Assembly (NCBI GenBank): GCA_965645245.1
Contig: OZ287071.1
Coordinates: 2,046,001-2,110,000, forward strand
Direction: 5' to 3'
Length of the DNA stretch: 64,000 bases
Source of the DNA: Massalongia carnosa
Taxonomy: Eukaryota
Below, in pieces: positions 37,175-53,235 of this stretch. The position numbers were made by a program, and so were the translations under genes. Each line of letters opens with the position of its first letter. Positions within the stretch are counted from its first letter, which is position 1. Below the pieces are notes generated by a model. The model worked only from the letters and a program-made list of their open reading frames with translations. It searched no databases and was not told the DNA's origin.

Positions 37175-40100
37175 TCACAGAGGCGCAAAACCTAACGATA
37201 CCGCGTCAGCGATTTCTCCGCAGCCAACCCCTTTAATACCCACGTTCTTCATCCAACAACGTCTTCTCGGCCCAACTTTGCTCTATCCAGTCGATCGTAA
37301 CTATTCGGGGTAGTCGGCTACGTCTACCACAAAACATTAGAGCCACTAGCCTCGACAAATAAGAACCGAGGAGTTTGCAGACCGGGAAACAATCTCTCTC
37401 AAAGACCTTGTTGCTCGACCAGATGCAGCGAGAACATGTGTAATGTCTAGGTCGGCAAGATTGTTTGAGAGCCTTGCTCCTGCAAACTTTGCCGTATTGC
37501 AAGCTAGTCTCATTCGGAGGAAGGGCCCCTCAAGCGTTCTTTGCTCGTTAGATAAGGAACTATCTATGCTGGGAAGCTCCGGAAAATCAGCATAGAGAAG
37601 TACGCCTTCAAACATCCGTCCAGGTACTTGATCAAAACCATCTTGATCTCCGAAACCTGTCCTGATGCTCATTGCATCAGATGACTTCTCACTTTTCCCT
37701 GGCATCGAATCAAATATCTTTAGTGCTGTTAAAGTGGCCCTTCGTAAATCTATATAGAAGACCTACTTCTCTAATCTCGTCGACACTCGCATCTCTGGCA
37801 AAACTATCTCCCCAGTTGTCCACATTGCCCTCAATTCTTTCCTCGGAGTCCTTGGTGAGGAAAAACATATACCTATCAGGAGTGAGTCTATTCGTAAGCA
37901 TCCAGAGCTAATTGTAACGAGATCTACCGTGGCTCAAGCGGCAGAAGCAAGTTTTCCTTGCCTATATCAGACTCTCCTTGCCGAACACAAGCGAGTAACC
38001 ACGAAGGCCGAACAATGTCGACTTCACCATGCTTGATGAGTGATGCAACCTTGACCGTTCCTAATATCAATTAAGTCCGGTATTCGGATACTTAAGAGGT
38101 TCCAAGCTCACTTCGATCACCTACGCAGATTGTGTCAGGCGCAGCATCATGCTTTTGGAAGATATTGCCACCATTGTCTTTGATTAGTTCTTCAAGTTCG
38201 GCTTTCGATTTCTTCTCTGGTGACAAACAATCGCTCATGACATCTATAAAGTTAATGATACAATAAGTATCAGGAACGCTGAGATCTTACAGAAACTCAA
38301 ACTTTTGAACACACTAGTCCCCTGACCACCATATGCCGCTTTGAGTGCATTGTTATATCCAACAATAGTCAACGGCTTTTTACGAGATGCCCTTTGTCTC
38401 TTCCTTTTGTCATCATCAATTTTGAACTTCTTATCATTTTTAGCTATCTCGACACCCTTTTGTAACGCTTTGAACTCTGAAATAGATAAAGCAGATTTCC
38501 AGTCACGATCTGTACGAAGTCTCTTAAATCTCGGGAACCGCAATGTATTGCTTGTTCTGAATTGATCGGTCGGAGTAACAGAGGCTGCTTTGACAGAAAG
38601 CACGACTGATTCATCCGGCCTAATCCATACGTCGGGACGTTCGTATTGTAGAGACCCTCCAGCCAATTCTATGAAATCTACAGGAGGACGCTTCGGGTTC
38701 CAATCCTTCCACTTTCCCTCTGTGTGATGCCTGATGCTCGCATAATCGGCTGCTGTAAAGCCACCCCCAACTTTGAAGAATGAGTGACATTTCATCGGAT
38801 TTGATCCACTTTGGATTTCGTTTACGTCAACCCTTAGACCACACAGAAAACTTGATAGACGACCCCCACGGCGTCCCGAACCATAGTACCCACCGACAAT
38901 AATGCAATCAAGGGATTCGCCAAATTCGGTCATGTATTCAGGCTTGACTTTCATCCAATCATCATTGCGCTCGTTGAGCCGATACGGTGATCTTGGGTTT
39001 TTCAAAACCAAACCCTCGGAGGCTTCCTGCACAACTTGAAGTAGCAGCGGTTCAACCTCAGTGAAGCTCTTTGCCTCCTTGTAAGTATGTACTTCCATCC
39101 AGCGAAAAACCGTGATGACGCTTGCTTCCAGCGCTCTCCTACGATCTCGGAGTGTATAATTTGCCAGCGCTTGTCCATTGAGGTAAAGAATATCGAACAC
39201 TCGATACAAAGGGCGTTGCCTATTGGAGTTCTCATCTTTCTGTAAATTGAGGGCCGCGGTTTTGAGTGTGCCAAAAGGCACCATTGCATCCTCCTCTGGA
39301 TCCCAAGTAATCATTTCCCCGTCGAGGATGATGTTGTCAACACCTTCATGAAACGCGTCTTTGATGTGTCGTGTCAGAGCACCTTGTTCGTCATAAAATC
39401 CATTGCCATAAAGATATGTATAATCCTTAGCTTTACGTGACCAAAAGCTGAATCTTTTGCCTCCTGCAACAGTGTTGTCGGTGACCATGTGAAGTTGCAT
39501 TCTTTCCCCATCAAGCTTCTCTTCAATCCAAAATACAGGATCCTCCTCTGTAGGCCTCATTCTCTCCACCATTTTCTGAATTGAATTCATTTGAAACTGG
39601 GCCAATTGCGGTTGAAAGCACTGCATTAGCTTGATCCCTCGATCATCATCTTCTAAGCGAACAGACTGATCATAAAGTTCCCAACAGACACGACGCAGAT
39701 TGGATGATATGTTGAAGAGGTTTTCTGCATCTGGGTGCCAAATGTCGAAAAACGTCTTTTCAGTTGCACCCACCTTCATTTGGCGCAAAATAACCCGAAT
39801 TACCCACATCATTTCATCCGCATTCATGTTCTCGTATAGCCTCTCGATAATAGGTAGCTGAGTCTCTTCTTTCTGTGCTGCCGACAGTTGGTCGAGAAGA
39901 TCGTTGACTTCTCCGATGGACAGGTCTCCCACATGCGTCTTTATCGGCCGCTTGCTAATAACTTCAAAACACCTACCTGCAAAATCTCCCGCCATCTTGC
40001 TTATTGTATTCTGTCCCGGCTGTTTCCAATTGAGTAAATTGTAGCCATCTTCGGAGTCTTTGTTGATCTTCATTACTTTGATGAGAAGTTTCCCGATGGT

Positions 40101-40523
40101 TTTTTCCTTAAGCCCATACATTGCACGTTCTCTATCTTTCTCCGGAAGAATCAATCGAAAGGCTGGATAGATGTCGTCCCCGACTTCCTTCCTCCACCTT
40201 GAGATGAATCGCTCAATAATATTCTGACGAACCTCATGGGGTGAAAGATTGGACGGTCCATGAGGTCCTTGTTTTTTCCTTGAGACAGTCGGACCCGTGG
40301 GTTTTTTCTTATTGTTGTTCAAAGGATTGAAAAGAGTTAAAAATAGGTCATGAAAGGGCAACGTTTTTGAATGATTGAACGGTCGGTTAGAATGACTAAA
40401 GGCCGAGTAAGTGAAGTATAGGCATAGCTACGGAATATTGATTCTCTCGTACTTTACGTCCAGAGAGGCCCCTTCTGTCGATTCAAGCCTAGAATGGCAG
40501 CCGCCATTACTCCCATTGTCCAT
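37175..40523 (-). CDS. LIG4: DNA ligase IV (NHEJ) with C-terminal BRCT repeats
   Basis: EEKLDGER, ILDGEM, EGLVLK, WMKVKPEY, TLRFPRF; BRCT exons toward 37175. Confidence 0.95.
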
Positions 40524-40992
40524 TATCTCAGAATGATTTGGGCTAATAGTATTCTGGACTACTTGGGTTAAATAAAGATGCCTGCACCTTTCTGGATAGG
40601 CAGACTTGCAAGTTCTATGGCTGTGGCCCATGAATATGCATCATCAGGTGTCTGTTATTGATTGAGATTAGCCATTAGTGTAGGAATCGAGTACCTGACC
40701 AACGGGCTATTTCGACAAGAAACCGTTTGCTGAGGGTCAGAACGATGAATCGGGCTGTGACGCGGAATCGTCAAAGCCCCAACGCGCGTTCATGAACTTT
40801 TGCGGATTCAAGTCGCATCCTCGTGATGTCATTACCCGCAGAGGGTGTGCATAACTACGCCCGTGCCTTGCCGGGTGCACCAGTTAGCGTCATGCACAAC
40901 CGGCTACTAAGAATAGCCTCTTCAGGCTTTATAAGATGTAACACTACCGATTACAGAGGCACAGAGCACATTAAAAAAATGCCAACAGGCGT

Positions 40993-42786
40993 ATGTCCTA
41001 CTCTACGGAATGTTCTCCGTCGAACGACTCAAGATTTCTTCTACAAGCTAACACCAGAAAACCATCTGCAGCGCTTTTAGGGGCCTCTTATGCTTTTTCA
41101 CCGTCTCCTGTCCCGGCAAACCCGATAACAAACACATATAGCGGGCTTAATGGGGCTCTTGCGGCTGCTACCTTTGCTGGCAGCAGAAAGCAGGGGCAGG
41201 AGAAGAAGCCAGGGGATTTAAACCCGGTTTATGGCAAAGCTGAGCAGTCTCTCGGGCTTGAAAAGCCATCAACGACTAGCTTTCCGAGGAAAATCGATTC
41301 TGATAAATCAGAAAAGGAAGGAGGCCTGGGGATGTCCGACAAGGCCCGAGAACAATCACATTCATATATTGCTGCTCTGGCTGCTACGAAAAGGCCCTCG
41401 CCCCATCGTCCTGGGCCGTCTACACAACTCATGCAGAGTGATCGTAGCGACCTACGGTCAATTATGCAGCATACGGAGGATGCCCCCATTTTGCCTACGA
41501 AGGCGTTGATAAAAATATTCGAACTGCAGGCGGATAATTTATCTTTACCATCAGAACCACACAGCTCTTCTAATGCGAGTACTCGTACAAGTGTCGGGAT
41601 CGCGGGAAGACCACCTTCCCAGCTATTGCCATCCTCCAAGCGCACAGATATAGCTAGAATCAAGAATTCACCCTCGAAAACGCAGTGGCAAGATGGGACA
41701 TTAATTTCTCAACCCAAAGTGGGTCCACGCATAGTCGCGCCGATCTCGGAATTGCCTGCGGCACAGTTGGAAAGATCAAAATCAAGAGCAAACATAAAGG
41801 GCGCACCACCTACACCACCTCCCCAACGTGGATCAGGCAAGAATCATAGCCTAGTAAAATTGGAAGAGAAGGAAAGCTTTAGCTTTTCCAAGAAGTCTGA
41901 TGAGAGTTCCTCTGCATCCTTTGGGGTGCCATTGAATGGCAGATGGCGGACCGCTGAGACCGCTCAACCCCATAATGAGGGTAAATGGTCGTTTTCCTTG
42001 GACGCTCCCTCATTCTTGCCTCACCGACCGTCACCAGGAGGAAGAAGTGGCTCCGAGAAAGCCAGCATTCCCGGACTCCAGAAGCCGAGTAGGGAGGGGC
42101 CTCTTCTTGCGCATAGTCTCACGCCACAATTAACGGCTGACTCGCTTGCGAACGCCATGATTGCTTCGTCTCTCGCATCGTCACGGGCACCATCTCCCAG
42201 CAAACTTCTTCCACCCCCGGCGCGCCATCAACCCAGACCACGTTTACGGTTCAGGAGCCAAAGCCATGAACAAGGTGATTCTCGGACCTCCAGCCCCGGA
42301 AGGCCCATGAGACAAACTATGCGGGAGTCTCCGAAACCGGACGACGACGACGACGAGTACTACTACAAGAGGAAGGGTGGCCACATTCTCAAAAAACACC
42401 CCAACAAGCACCACGAAGGCGACCGCAAACGATGGCGAGACCAAATCACGGAGCGCGAGCGCAAGCGCTACGAAGGCCTCTGGGCCGCAAACAAGGATAT
42501 ATTCCTACCAGTTGGAGGAGGAGTCCACACCGCTGGCACGGTGCTCGACCTCGTGGTCCGCGATATCTGGCGGCGGAGCCGCCTGCCTGATGATGTGTTG
42601 GCCGAAGTGTGGGATCTCGTGGACGGGCGAGGGCGCGGGGCGCTAGGCAAGGAGGAGTTCGTCGTGGGCACATGGCTCATCGATCAGCGGCTCAAGGGCC
42701 GCAAGCTGCCGGTCAAAGTTTCGGAAAGCGTGTGGTTCAGCGCGCGCGGGTTGAGCGGCATCAAGGCTTCGAAACGCCATCGGTAG
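40993..42786 (+). CDS. IRS4: Irs4/Tax4-like protein with C-terminal EH domain
   Basis: KHHEGDRKRW..ERKRYEGLWAAN, DIWRRSRLP..VWDLVD..EEFVVGTWLIDQRLKGRKLP. Confidence 0.8.
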   Translation: MSYSTECSPSNDSRFLLQANTRKPSAALLGASYAFSPSPVPANPITNTYSGLNGALAAATFAGSRKQGQEKKPGDLNPVYGKAEQSLGLEKPSTTSFPRKIDSDKSEKEGGLGMSDKAREQSHSYIAALAATKRPSPHRPGPSTQLMQSDRSDLRSIMQHTEDAPILPTKALIKIFELQADNLSLPSEPHSSSNASTRTSVGIAGRPPSQLLPSSKRTDIARIKNSPSKTQWQDGTLISQPKVGPRIVAPISELPAAQLERSKSRANIKGAPPTPPPQRGSGKNHSLVKLEEKESFSFSKKSDESSSASFGVPLNGRWRTAETAQPHNEGKWSFSLDAPSFLPHRPSPGGRSGSEKASIPGLQKPSREGPLLAHSLTPQLTADSLANAMIASSLASSRAPSPSKLLPPPARHQPRPRLRFRSQSHEQGDSRTSSPGRPMRQTMRESPKPDDDDDEYYYKRKGGHILKKHPNKHHEGDRKRWRDQITERERKRYEGLWAANKDIFLPVGGGVHTAGTVLDLVVRDIWRRSRLPDDVLAEVWDLVDGRGRGALGKEEFVVGTWLIDQRLKGRKLPVKVSESVWFSARGLSGIKASKRHR

Positions 42787-43690
42787 AAAAAGTTGCTGGC
42801 TGACCTGAATGTAGGTAGACGTGGAATATTTCTGTTATTCATTGATGAGGGTTTTTACCCCCTAATTCGTAGAATACATATATAATCATTAATTTTGGAG
42901 GTAGGTATGTAGCTATAACTCATATGTATATGTATATAACCCATATACAACTAGGCAATGTGATGGCTTATGGAGCGAGCACTCGTCAGTTTCTTTTCTT
43001 CTTCTCTCCTCGAATCCCTACGATTGCCAAACCAATCAACAGGCAGGTAGGTAGATGGAAATTGGTGTGTGCCATGTACAAATCAGTTACCTAGTTGACT
43101 ATCTATTTGCCTAGCTATGGCCCTGCTAGTTTGTAGGTACCCTACCCCACCATACCTACCCACATACGTTCCCTATCCTAGAACGCAACCCGGCCACTTG
43201 CCGTAAAAAGGCCCTTTCTACAATCATAACACATCACGAAATCCTCCCCCATGAACACCGAAAAAACTAGATTACACGACGGGAACGCAGTAAACACCCT
43301 CATAGGTATTTCCCTTTTTTATAAAAAAAAAATCTGGAAAACCCTTGTGCGAGCTGTTTTTACTTTGTTCGCTCGCTCGACGAGGTCCAGGAACAAAAAG
43401 GAGGAAGGAAACAAGTCGTAAGTGAGTTCGTTCGTCGGCGAATGGGGGGACAGAGACCGTTTGTCCTTGTGGAAAAATTGGAGGGAAATAAAAACACGGA
43501 CGATTGATTCCGTGGACTGGTTCCATGCAGCCTCCTCGACTGACTGCTCATCGCCAAAGGCCTAGTTGCTACTGTCGTTCATCGCTCTATTCAGGACGAG
43601 CGGCTCAGATATTCAACAAGAATTTAGGATGATTGTACAAAAGGGGGGAAGGGGGGGGATGATGGTGTTCGCCAGCCAGCAACCAAAGCT

Positions 43691-46156
43691 TCAAAAGGCC
43701 TCGTCGTCAGTCCAATTGGCATCACTCTTCGCCGGCACGGACCCTTCACTCGCGTCCTCGATGATAGTTTGAGGATGACCTCCAGCACCGTACAGACATT
43801 TGAACTTCTTCCCCGGTCCGCCACGAGGAGGCGTGTGTCCACCTTCGGGCGTGAAGCGCTTGCCATTCTTGGCGGCTCGAAGTTTGGCGTGGTAGGCATC
43901 GCTGACATCGACCTCAGGCTCCGAGGCATCATCAAAAGTTTCCCAATTCTCGGAGCCCGACGCTATGGTGGTTACGGTGGAGGTAGCGGATATTTGCCTG
44001 CTCTCAGCTGCAGGAATATGTCGATCGTGCTGCTGATAACGACCGTCATACTTTACAGATGCCTGAACATCGCGATAGTTTTGCGGCGTGTTCTGATCTG
44101 ATTGGGCTGCAGAGGAAGTTACGTATGACATGCGTTCTCGATCGTCATAGACATCCTCGGGAGAGATGTGTCGTACGCTACCCGTCCCGGTCGATGAGGC
44201 AGAGCTTGCGCAGCGCGCATTCTCAATATCGTGATTGCTTATTGGCGTTGCCAATGGAGGAACAAAAAGATCTCTCATCTTTGGTGGAGGTGCTCGCGCC
44301 GGGGGACCCATCTTGCGTAATGTATTTGTATCATAAGACGGTTCTATCGGTGCGCGTCGTTCTGGTGAGTTATTCCCGTGTTGCATGTGAGACAACGGTA
44401 TGCGGGCCGGAATTTTTGATGGTGTCCGTCCTCCCGCGGTTGAGGTCGAGTTGGCCAGGGGATTGCGCCTTAATGTACCGTTAGGGGTTTTCGCACCAAA
44501 TCGAGACGGCGGATTTGCGCGCATCACGCTTCCAGCGCGTGAAGTAGCAGTCGATGGAGCAGCTTTTATGGACTTCGTTGAGGGTGGCCCTGATGGCGTT
44601 TTAGAGCGAGGGAGGCAATTTGCTGCAGATACAGCTAACTCGTCCAGATATCGTACCCCGTGAACCATGAACGGTCGGCCGTACTCGTCTTCCCATTGCT
44701 CCAGGGTCTTCTGAAGCTCAACTTCCACCTTCGGCAGATCCTTTGCAATTCTCTTCCTCATCTTTTCTTCTCTCAGCAATCGGGTTGGGTCACGCTTTTC
44801 TCCTTTGCTTGACTTAGCCAGCAGCCGTGAAGCATTTTGGCTGGATGCTGCGAGGTCTTCACGATCCTTGATTATTGAGCGGTGTTTATCAATGAGCTGC
44901 AAGGTAGGCGCGCGCTGTTCCTTCAATGCCTCCAGACGTTCGATTTCCCCTTCATGGGCAGACAGTAAAGCGTCGCTATACACATCCGAGAACGCTGGGG
45001 TGAACTCGAGCATCTCTTCTTCTGAGAAGTAAAGACCATCCCAAAGTTCCTGCAGCTTGTACCTTGCATCCTCCACAAACAAATGTAAATTCTGTCTTTT
45101 CAACTCGGTTAGTCGATCCAACTCTGCCTCATATTCGTTGATAGCTCTTAATCCACAGCCTCTATTCCCAGACACAAACCTCTTACGATCTGGTTCTTCC
45201 ACACCCAAGCGATCCCATAAACCTTCCACGGTAGCTTTTAACTCCTTTAGTTTCCGTTCACGATTGCGTTTTTCTTCTATCAGTCTATCTCGACGAGTCT
45301 GAAGTCTGTCAATGTCGTTTTCATGAAGCCCTAATTGCTCTGGGGCTTCTCGGTAGTACTTGACTACAGTGCTCTCTGTTTGCGCTTGCGGTGTTCCGAG
45401 TTCTGCCCATAGATTTACAATATCTTCCGAGAGCGCTCGGACTAAAGAGACTCGTCGCGTGTATTCTTCGTATACACGGGAAAATTCGTTATCTAGCGAT
45501 GTCACATAGGCAGGTGAAAGGTCGAAAGTTGGAGAAACCGAGGCATTATGAGCCGTTGGGGGTAAAGTGATCTTAACAAAGGATGGCTCTAGATGAGATG
45601 AATACGATTCGAGTGCTTGTACAAGTTCTGCTACGGCTTAGCAAAACTCCACAAACAAGGCAGCAACTCTTACTTTTAACTTGGTCGAATCGTTCGCGAT
45701 GGACTTTCGTAACAGAATTGTGCTTCTCCTTTAACCCTTGCAAGCAGCGTACCAAGGGAACTGTGACTTTCAGACCTTTGTCGTCCAGCTGATAGGTATT
45801 GTTGAGCTTTGGGTCCTCTAGGGAGGCTTCCATCTGCTTGATTGTCTTGATTATGCGATGCGCCTCCTCAGTAAGCTCATTCTTTTCCCTTCTTTGTGTT
45901 AATCTAAAGAACAGGTTGAAGCGGATTTGGGCGTGCAACTCACGTAGTAACTATACGAAGATGATTGTGCAATGTTTCTGAGAGAGCGGTAAACAACTGT
46001 CGACAGAATTAGTACATTGGTGATATCAAGGAAAGACCCGCTAACCTCTAATTCTCGTGCCTCCCTCTCATGATTAGGTACCCCGATCTCATCAAACAGA
46101 CCATGTAGTTGCCCAACTATTGTGGAGACTTGTGTAGTGAGATAGCCTGTATCCAT
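43691..46156 (-). CDS. ASE1: Spindle midzone microtubule bundler (PRC1/MAP65 family)
   Basis: LHGLFDEIG, LWAELG, LQELWDGLYFSEEE, RLLREEKMRKRI; 3 introns. Confidence 0.93.
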
Positions 46157-46620
46157 GTTTGAACTTGAGGCACTGCTGCTACCCAGATGCTGAGAAAAGT
46201 TGAAGTTAATAAAGACGGTAGCAACCTCATAAAACTCAGCGCTCGCTTAACCACCAGTTAAGGGGAGTGATCAATAGGAACGAAAATGAGCTTTCATGAA
46301 TAAAGGAATGGTACTGCTAAAACAAGAGAGGCTCATAAATGTCGAAGGTAGGTACGCGGCTCACCCAACCATCATGGGTTGTGGGTCTGATGCAAGGCTT
46401 GTTGATTATTGTGGTTGCTATGGTGCTCGGCCCGAGCGGGTAAACGTTAGCTAAAGTATTTCGTGCCGACGGTGCCAAGACTTTGCATTTTGCTATTTAT
46501 ACAACGTAGATACCGTCTTGTTTGACATTTGCGATTCAAAATAATGTGCTCATACGAGATCACAAAAGCGCTTTATGATCAACTGGAAAGCTGTTAGTGA
46601 GCCATCCAAAAGCTGTTATC

Positions 46621-47677
46621 ATGAACGGTGCACAGAAAGCATGGGGTAAGACAGCGCTTGTCGATAGCTGGTTGCGGTTTCTGCTTATGGATAACAGAGC
46701 TCGAGAACTCGGTCAAGTTGGTCGATCCTCATCGCGATGCCCTCTACAACTACGATGATGCCGAGCAGAAGCTTAATCGGGATGATGAGCCTTGGAAAAG
46801 AGATCCCCATTGTTTCAAGAAAGTGCGCATCTCTGCCGTTGCCCTCCTAAAAATGGTAATGCATGCACGATCCGGAGGATCTCTTGAGATTATGGGCCTG
46901 ATGCAAGGCAAGCTTGCGGGGGACACTTTTATCGTCACGGATGCTTTTCGGTTACCCGTTGAAGGCACAGAAACGAGAGTTAACGCTGGAGACGAAGCTA
47001 ATGAATACATGATTCAATACTTGGACTTATGTCGAGAGAATGCGCGTCAGGAAAACGTTGTGGGATGGTATCATAGCCACCCAGGCTACGGCTGTTGGCT
47101 GTCTGGTATCGATGTCGACACTCAGATTGCGCAGCAGCTTCAAGGTCCATTTCTCGCCGTCGTAATAGATCCGGATCGTACTATATCGGCGGGTAAGGTC
47201 GAAATCGGGGCATTTCGAACCTTCCCACCAGACTACAAACCGCCAGCGGCCAGAGGAGGGGATGAGTATCAGACTATTCCGCTGTCAAAAATTGAGGACT
47301 TTGGTGCCCATGCAAGCCAGTATTATCCTTTGGAAGTTTCTCATTTTAAGAGCACACTTGAATCTCATCTGCTGGAATTGCTATGGAACAAATACTGGGT
47401 ATCAACGCTGAGCCAAAGCCCTCTTTTCACTAATCGCGAATACAGCAATAAGCAAATATTAGATTTGAGCCAAAAAATCCGAAATGCCGAGAAGGGCGTG
47501 CAAGCAAACTCACGGAGCGGATCGAACAGGTTGGGAGGCAAGGACATGCAATTAGAAAAAATAGTTCGCGACTGTAACAAGATTACGAGCGAGGAGGTCA
47601 CGGGTTTGCTGGCTGACGAAATCAAGGCGAAGTTATTCAACGGCGTGGGCGCTACAGCAAGAGAAGCTGGGATTTAG
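46621..47677 (+). CDS. CSN5: COP9 signalosome subunit 5 (JAMM deneddylase)
   Basis: [43 protein letters not shown]; intron ~46646-46698. Confidence 0.96.
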
Positions 47678-47828
47678 CAGCTGTTAGCTAGGAAGCTAAT
47701 AGATTTAAAAATCTTAGTTCAGAGACTCTGCTGCATGACAACCATCATGCTGAGACCTTAGTTCTCTCTCATATGTCGTCCCGATTTTATTATTCTATCC
47801 AACGGCGGCATTCATTGGCGGAGAGGTT

Positions 47829-49972
<2,144 letters not shown>

Positions 49973-50221
49973 TTATGATTGATGGATTCAGGGTGAGAAA
50001 ATCCGTTTGTGTTTCCCTTTGGCGTCAAACCTTGTGGATCTGACCCTTTTGGCAAACTCATACCAAAGAAAAAATAACCCGGGACTTATGATACTTTCCA
50101 TCTTCCTCATCCTGACCTTTTTTAGGTCATTATCTCTAGGAAAAGCTATTTAGCTCCAATTATGTCATAACGCAGATGATAAGCTACACCTTGTCCACAT
50201 CCCTTCTCGCCAGTCTGGAAG

Positions 50222-51730
50222 AGTCAGTATTATTTTCTTATATAAGTTAACGCAAACTGCTGATTGATCCAGTGGACGGCTCTGCAAAAGAAGTCGATCT
50301 CTACGGTAGCTTGTTACTCAGCTTTGCATGTTGGTGAGAACTGAGTTAAATGTAGATCTCCTGGAGATCGAGAGAAGCGCAAGCAAGATAGAGATCAAAA
50401 AAGCTTACCATAAGGTCTTTTGCCCTCTATCTTTTAAACTCTGTACTAAACAGTTTAGGCAGCGCTTTCAAGTCATCCTGACAAAGTTGCCGAAGGTGAT
50501 CGTGCCACTGCGGAGATCAAATTCAAATCAGTGAGCAAAGCCTACGAAATCCTCTACGATGACGACAAGAGAGATCTCTATGACACGCATGGCATGGCCG
50601 CGTTCGATGCTAGCCATGGCAGTGGAATTGGTGGAAGTATGGATCTGGAAGAGATGCTACAGCAAATGTTTGGTATAGGAGGTGGAGGGCCCCCGGGATT
50701 TGGCGGTTCAAGTGCGCGAAAACAACGCAAAGGGGATGACGAGGAGCATCCGTATCACGTCACATTAGAAGAACTATACAAGGGCAAGACTGCAAAATTT
50801 GCTAGTAAAAAGAATGTCATTTGCAGCCATTGCAAGGGCAGTGGCGGCAAGGACAAGGCAAAACCAAAGCAATGCGTATCGTGCCAAGGACGAGGTATTT
50901 AGTGGTTCTCCTGCATTCTTTACACCTGTCAAACTAACGAATCGTTTCAGGCTTGAAGCAGGGATTGAAATCTATCGGACCAGGGTTGGTCACCCAAGAA
51001 ACAGTTATATGTACTTCTTGTAAAGGCACCGGAACTGTTCATAAAGAAAAAGATCGATGTAAGAAGTGCAAGGGCGCTCGTATTACAGAAGCTCGTAAAG
51101 TTCTTGAAATTTATATACCACGGGGCTCGAGGCAAGTTTTGTGGTCTCAAAGCCTCATCTTCTCTAATAATTGATAGAGAAGGAGACAAAATTTTATTAG
51201 AAGGCGAAGCAGATCAAGTACCCGATCAAGAACCCGGCGACATCATCTTCAACATTGTGGAGGCCGAGCATTCTGTCTTTCGACGAACGGGGGCAGACCT
51301 GTCTGCGGATATAGAAGTGACACTTGCTGAAGCTCTTTGCGGATTCTCACGGGTCATTGTCAAGCATCTGGACGGTCGAGGCTTGCATATAAACCATCAT
51401 CAACCCAAGGGTCATATTTTGAACCCAGGTCAGGTGATCAAAATTACAGGCGAGGGTATGCCGTTCAAAAAAAGCGACTTACGAGGAGATTTATACCTAG
51501 TAGTGCGAGTCAGGTTTCCGCAAGATGGTTGGTTTCAAGAAAATGATACGCTCGCGAAACTACAAGAACTACTACCAAGACCTGCAAGCCCCATCAAGGC
51601 GGACACGGTTGACGATGTGGAATATGATGAGACTGCAAGTATCGACGATTTTGGGGCAGGTACACAAAGCGGCGATGCTTGGGAAGATGCTGATGAGGAT
51701 GAAAGCGAACCCCAGTGTGCTCAACAATAG
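50222..51730 (+). CDS. XDJ1: Type I DnaJ/Hsp40, Xdj1/Ydj1-like, with CaaX box
   Basis: J domain HPDK, G/F region, four CxxCxGxG repeats, C-terminal CAQQ; ATG inferred to be split by an intron. Confidence 0.8.
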
Positions 51731-52151
51731 ATTTTTTTTTCTGTTTATTTTAAGGCGTACAGCAATTGCGAGGAGTCTAGCCGGCATCCTCCCAAATAAG
51801 TTTTCAGCATATTTTTCATAGCCACTGTTCCGACCACCCTTTACCTAATTTTGCCTCAAAATTCATATTTTCACAACAAAGACCAAAATCAATATGGTAC
51901 AAGGTGCTTAGTTAGGTACTTCATTGTGGGTCAAAGCCAAGAAAGGCACGGAGGGCTAGGAAACCAATAGCCCTATATGTTCGCTTAATATATGTTAGCG
52001 TTAACATAAACTGTATACCACTCCCACCACATTTGTACTTCGTAGATTCAATCCATTCAGCAGCGAACATATCAAGGTGGGAAGCAATAACCTCTTACTA
52101 TTTAGATTTTGGATTTGGTTTGCATACAATCACTAATATAGTCAACCATAG

Positions 52152-52914
52152 ATGGTTGCCGCAAAGAAGCACATAAAGATCGTGAAGAAGCGTACGTTCA
52201 CCTAAAGCGCCTCCCGCCGTTGTCAACCATACGTAACTGCCTAAATCCCATCTAGGGGAACAAAACCGGAAGATTCATGCTGAAATAAGAGATTTGTAGA
52301 TACGAAGCGCTTCAATCGCCATCAAAGCGATACATACAAATGCGTGGACCAGAGCTGGAGGAAACCCAAGGGTATCGATAATCGGGTCCGAAGACGATTC
52401 AAGGGACAGGCTGCTATGCCATCGGTAGGTCCTTCTTTGCTGAGAAAAAAAAACTCTATCGATTCTCTACGCGCCAACAACTGTGGCTAGCGAAAGCTGG
52501 AAACTTCCGCCCGGAGCCAAGTTCAATCAGAAGGGCATCAGTTCCAGGAGCTTGGCTGTTATTACAACCATCTAATGCTTATGATGCTGATGGATTCTGC
52601 ACGTTCTAGATTGGATACGGCTCCAACAAGAAAACCCGCCACCTAATGCCCTCGGGCCACAAAGCCTTCCTTGTCCACAACTCCTCCGATGTCGACCTCC
52701 TTCTCATGCACAACAAGACCTTTGCCGCTGAGTAAGATTCACTTCTCATATGCTTCAAATAAAGTTTTTCGAACTGCCATAGCATGTTTTGCTAACCTCT
52801 GCCAGGATTGGTCATGCGGTTTCCTCGAGAAAGAGGGTTGAAATAGTGGCCAAGGCAAAACAACTGGGTGTCAAGGTTACCAATGCAAAGGCGAGAGTTA
52901 CGACGGAGGCTTAG
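52152..52914 (+). CDS. RPL32: 60S ribosomal protein L32 (eL32), 4 exons; absent from ORF track
   Basis: [54 protein letters not shown]. Confidence 0.97.
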
Positions 52915-53235
52915 GTAGAAGTGGGACGTAGTTTTCACATGATAATCGAACTCTTTATGGCAAAATCTTGGTGCGGCTTCAATTCTTGAACTGTTCTGCG
53001 TTGTTCCATCTAACGGCATGCTCACAAAGACCTTGAGATATGCCTATTTTACATTAACTTCCCTGATAACCTGTATGCGAAAACGCGACTTTGGTTCTAA
53101 CAACCACTGCCCTCGGCTTTGTGCAAGACCAGCAACTCGTATGAAAATAATTCTTCTGACTACTGGAAAGATTATAAACAGGTAGTTACCAAAAAAATGG
53201 GAGAAAACTGCAGGACTGGAGGTGAATTTCCTTAT

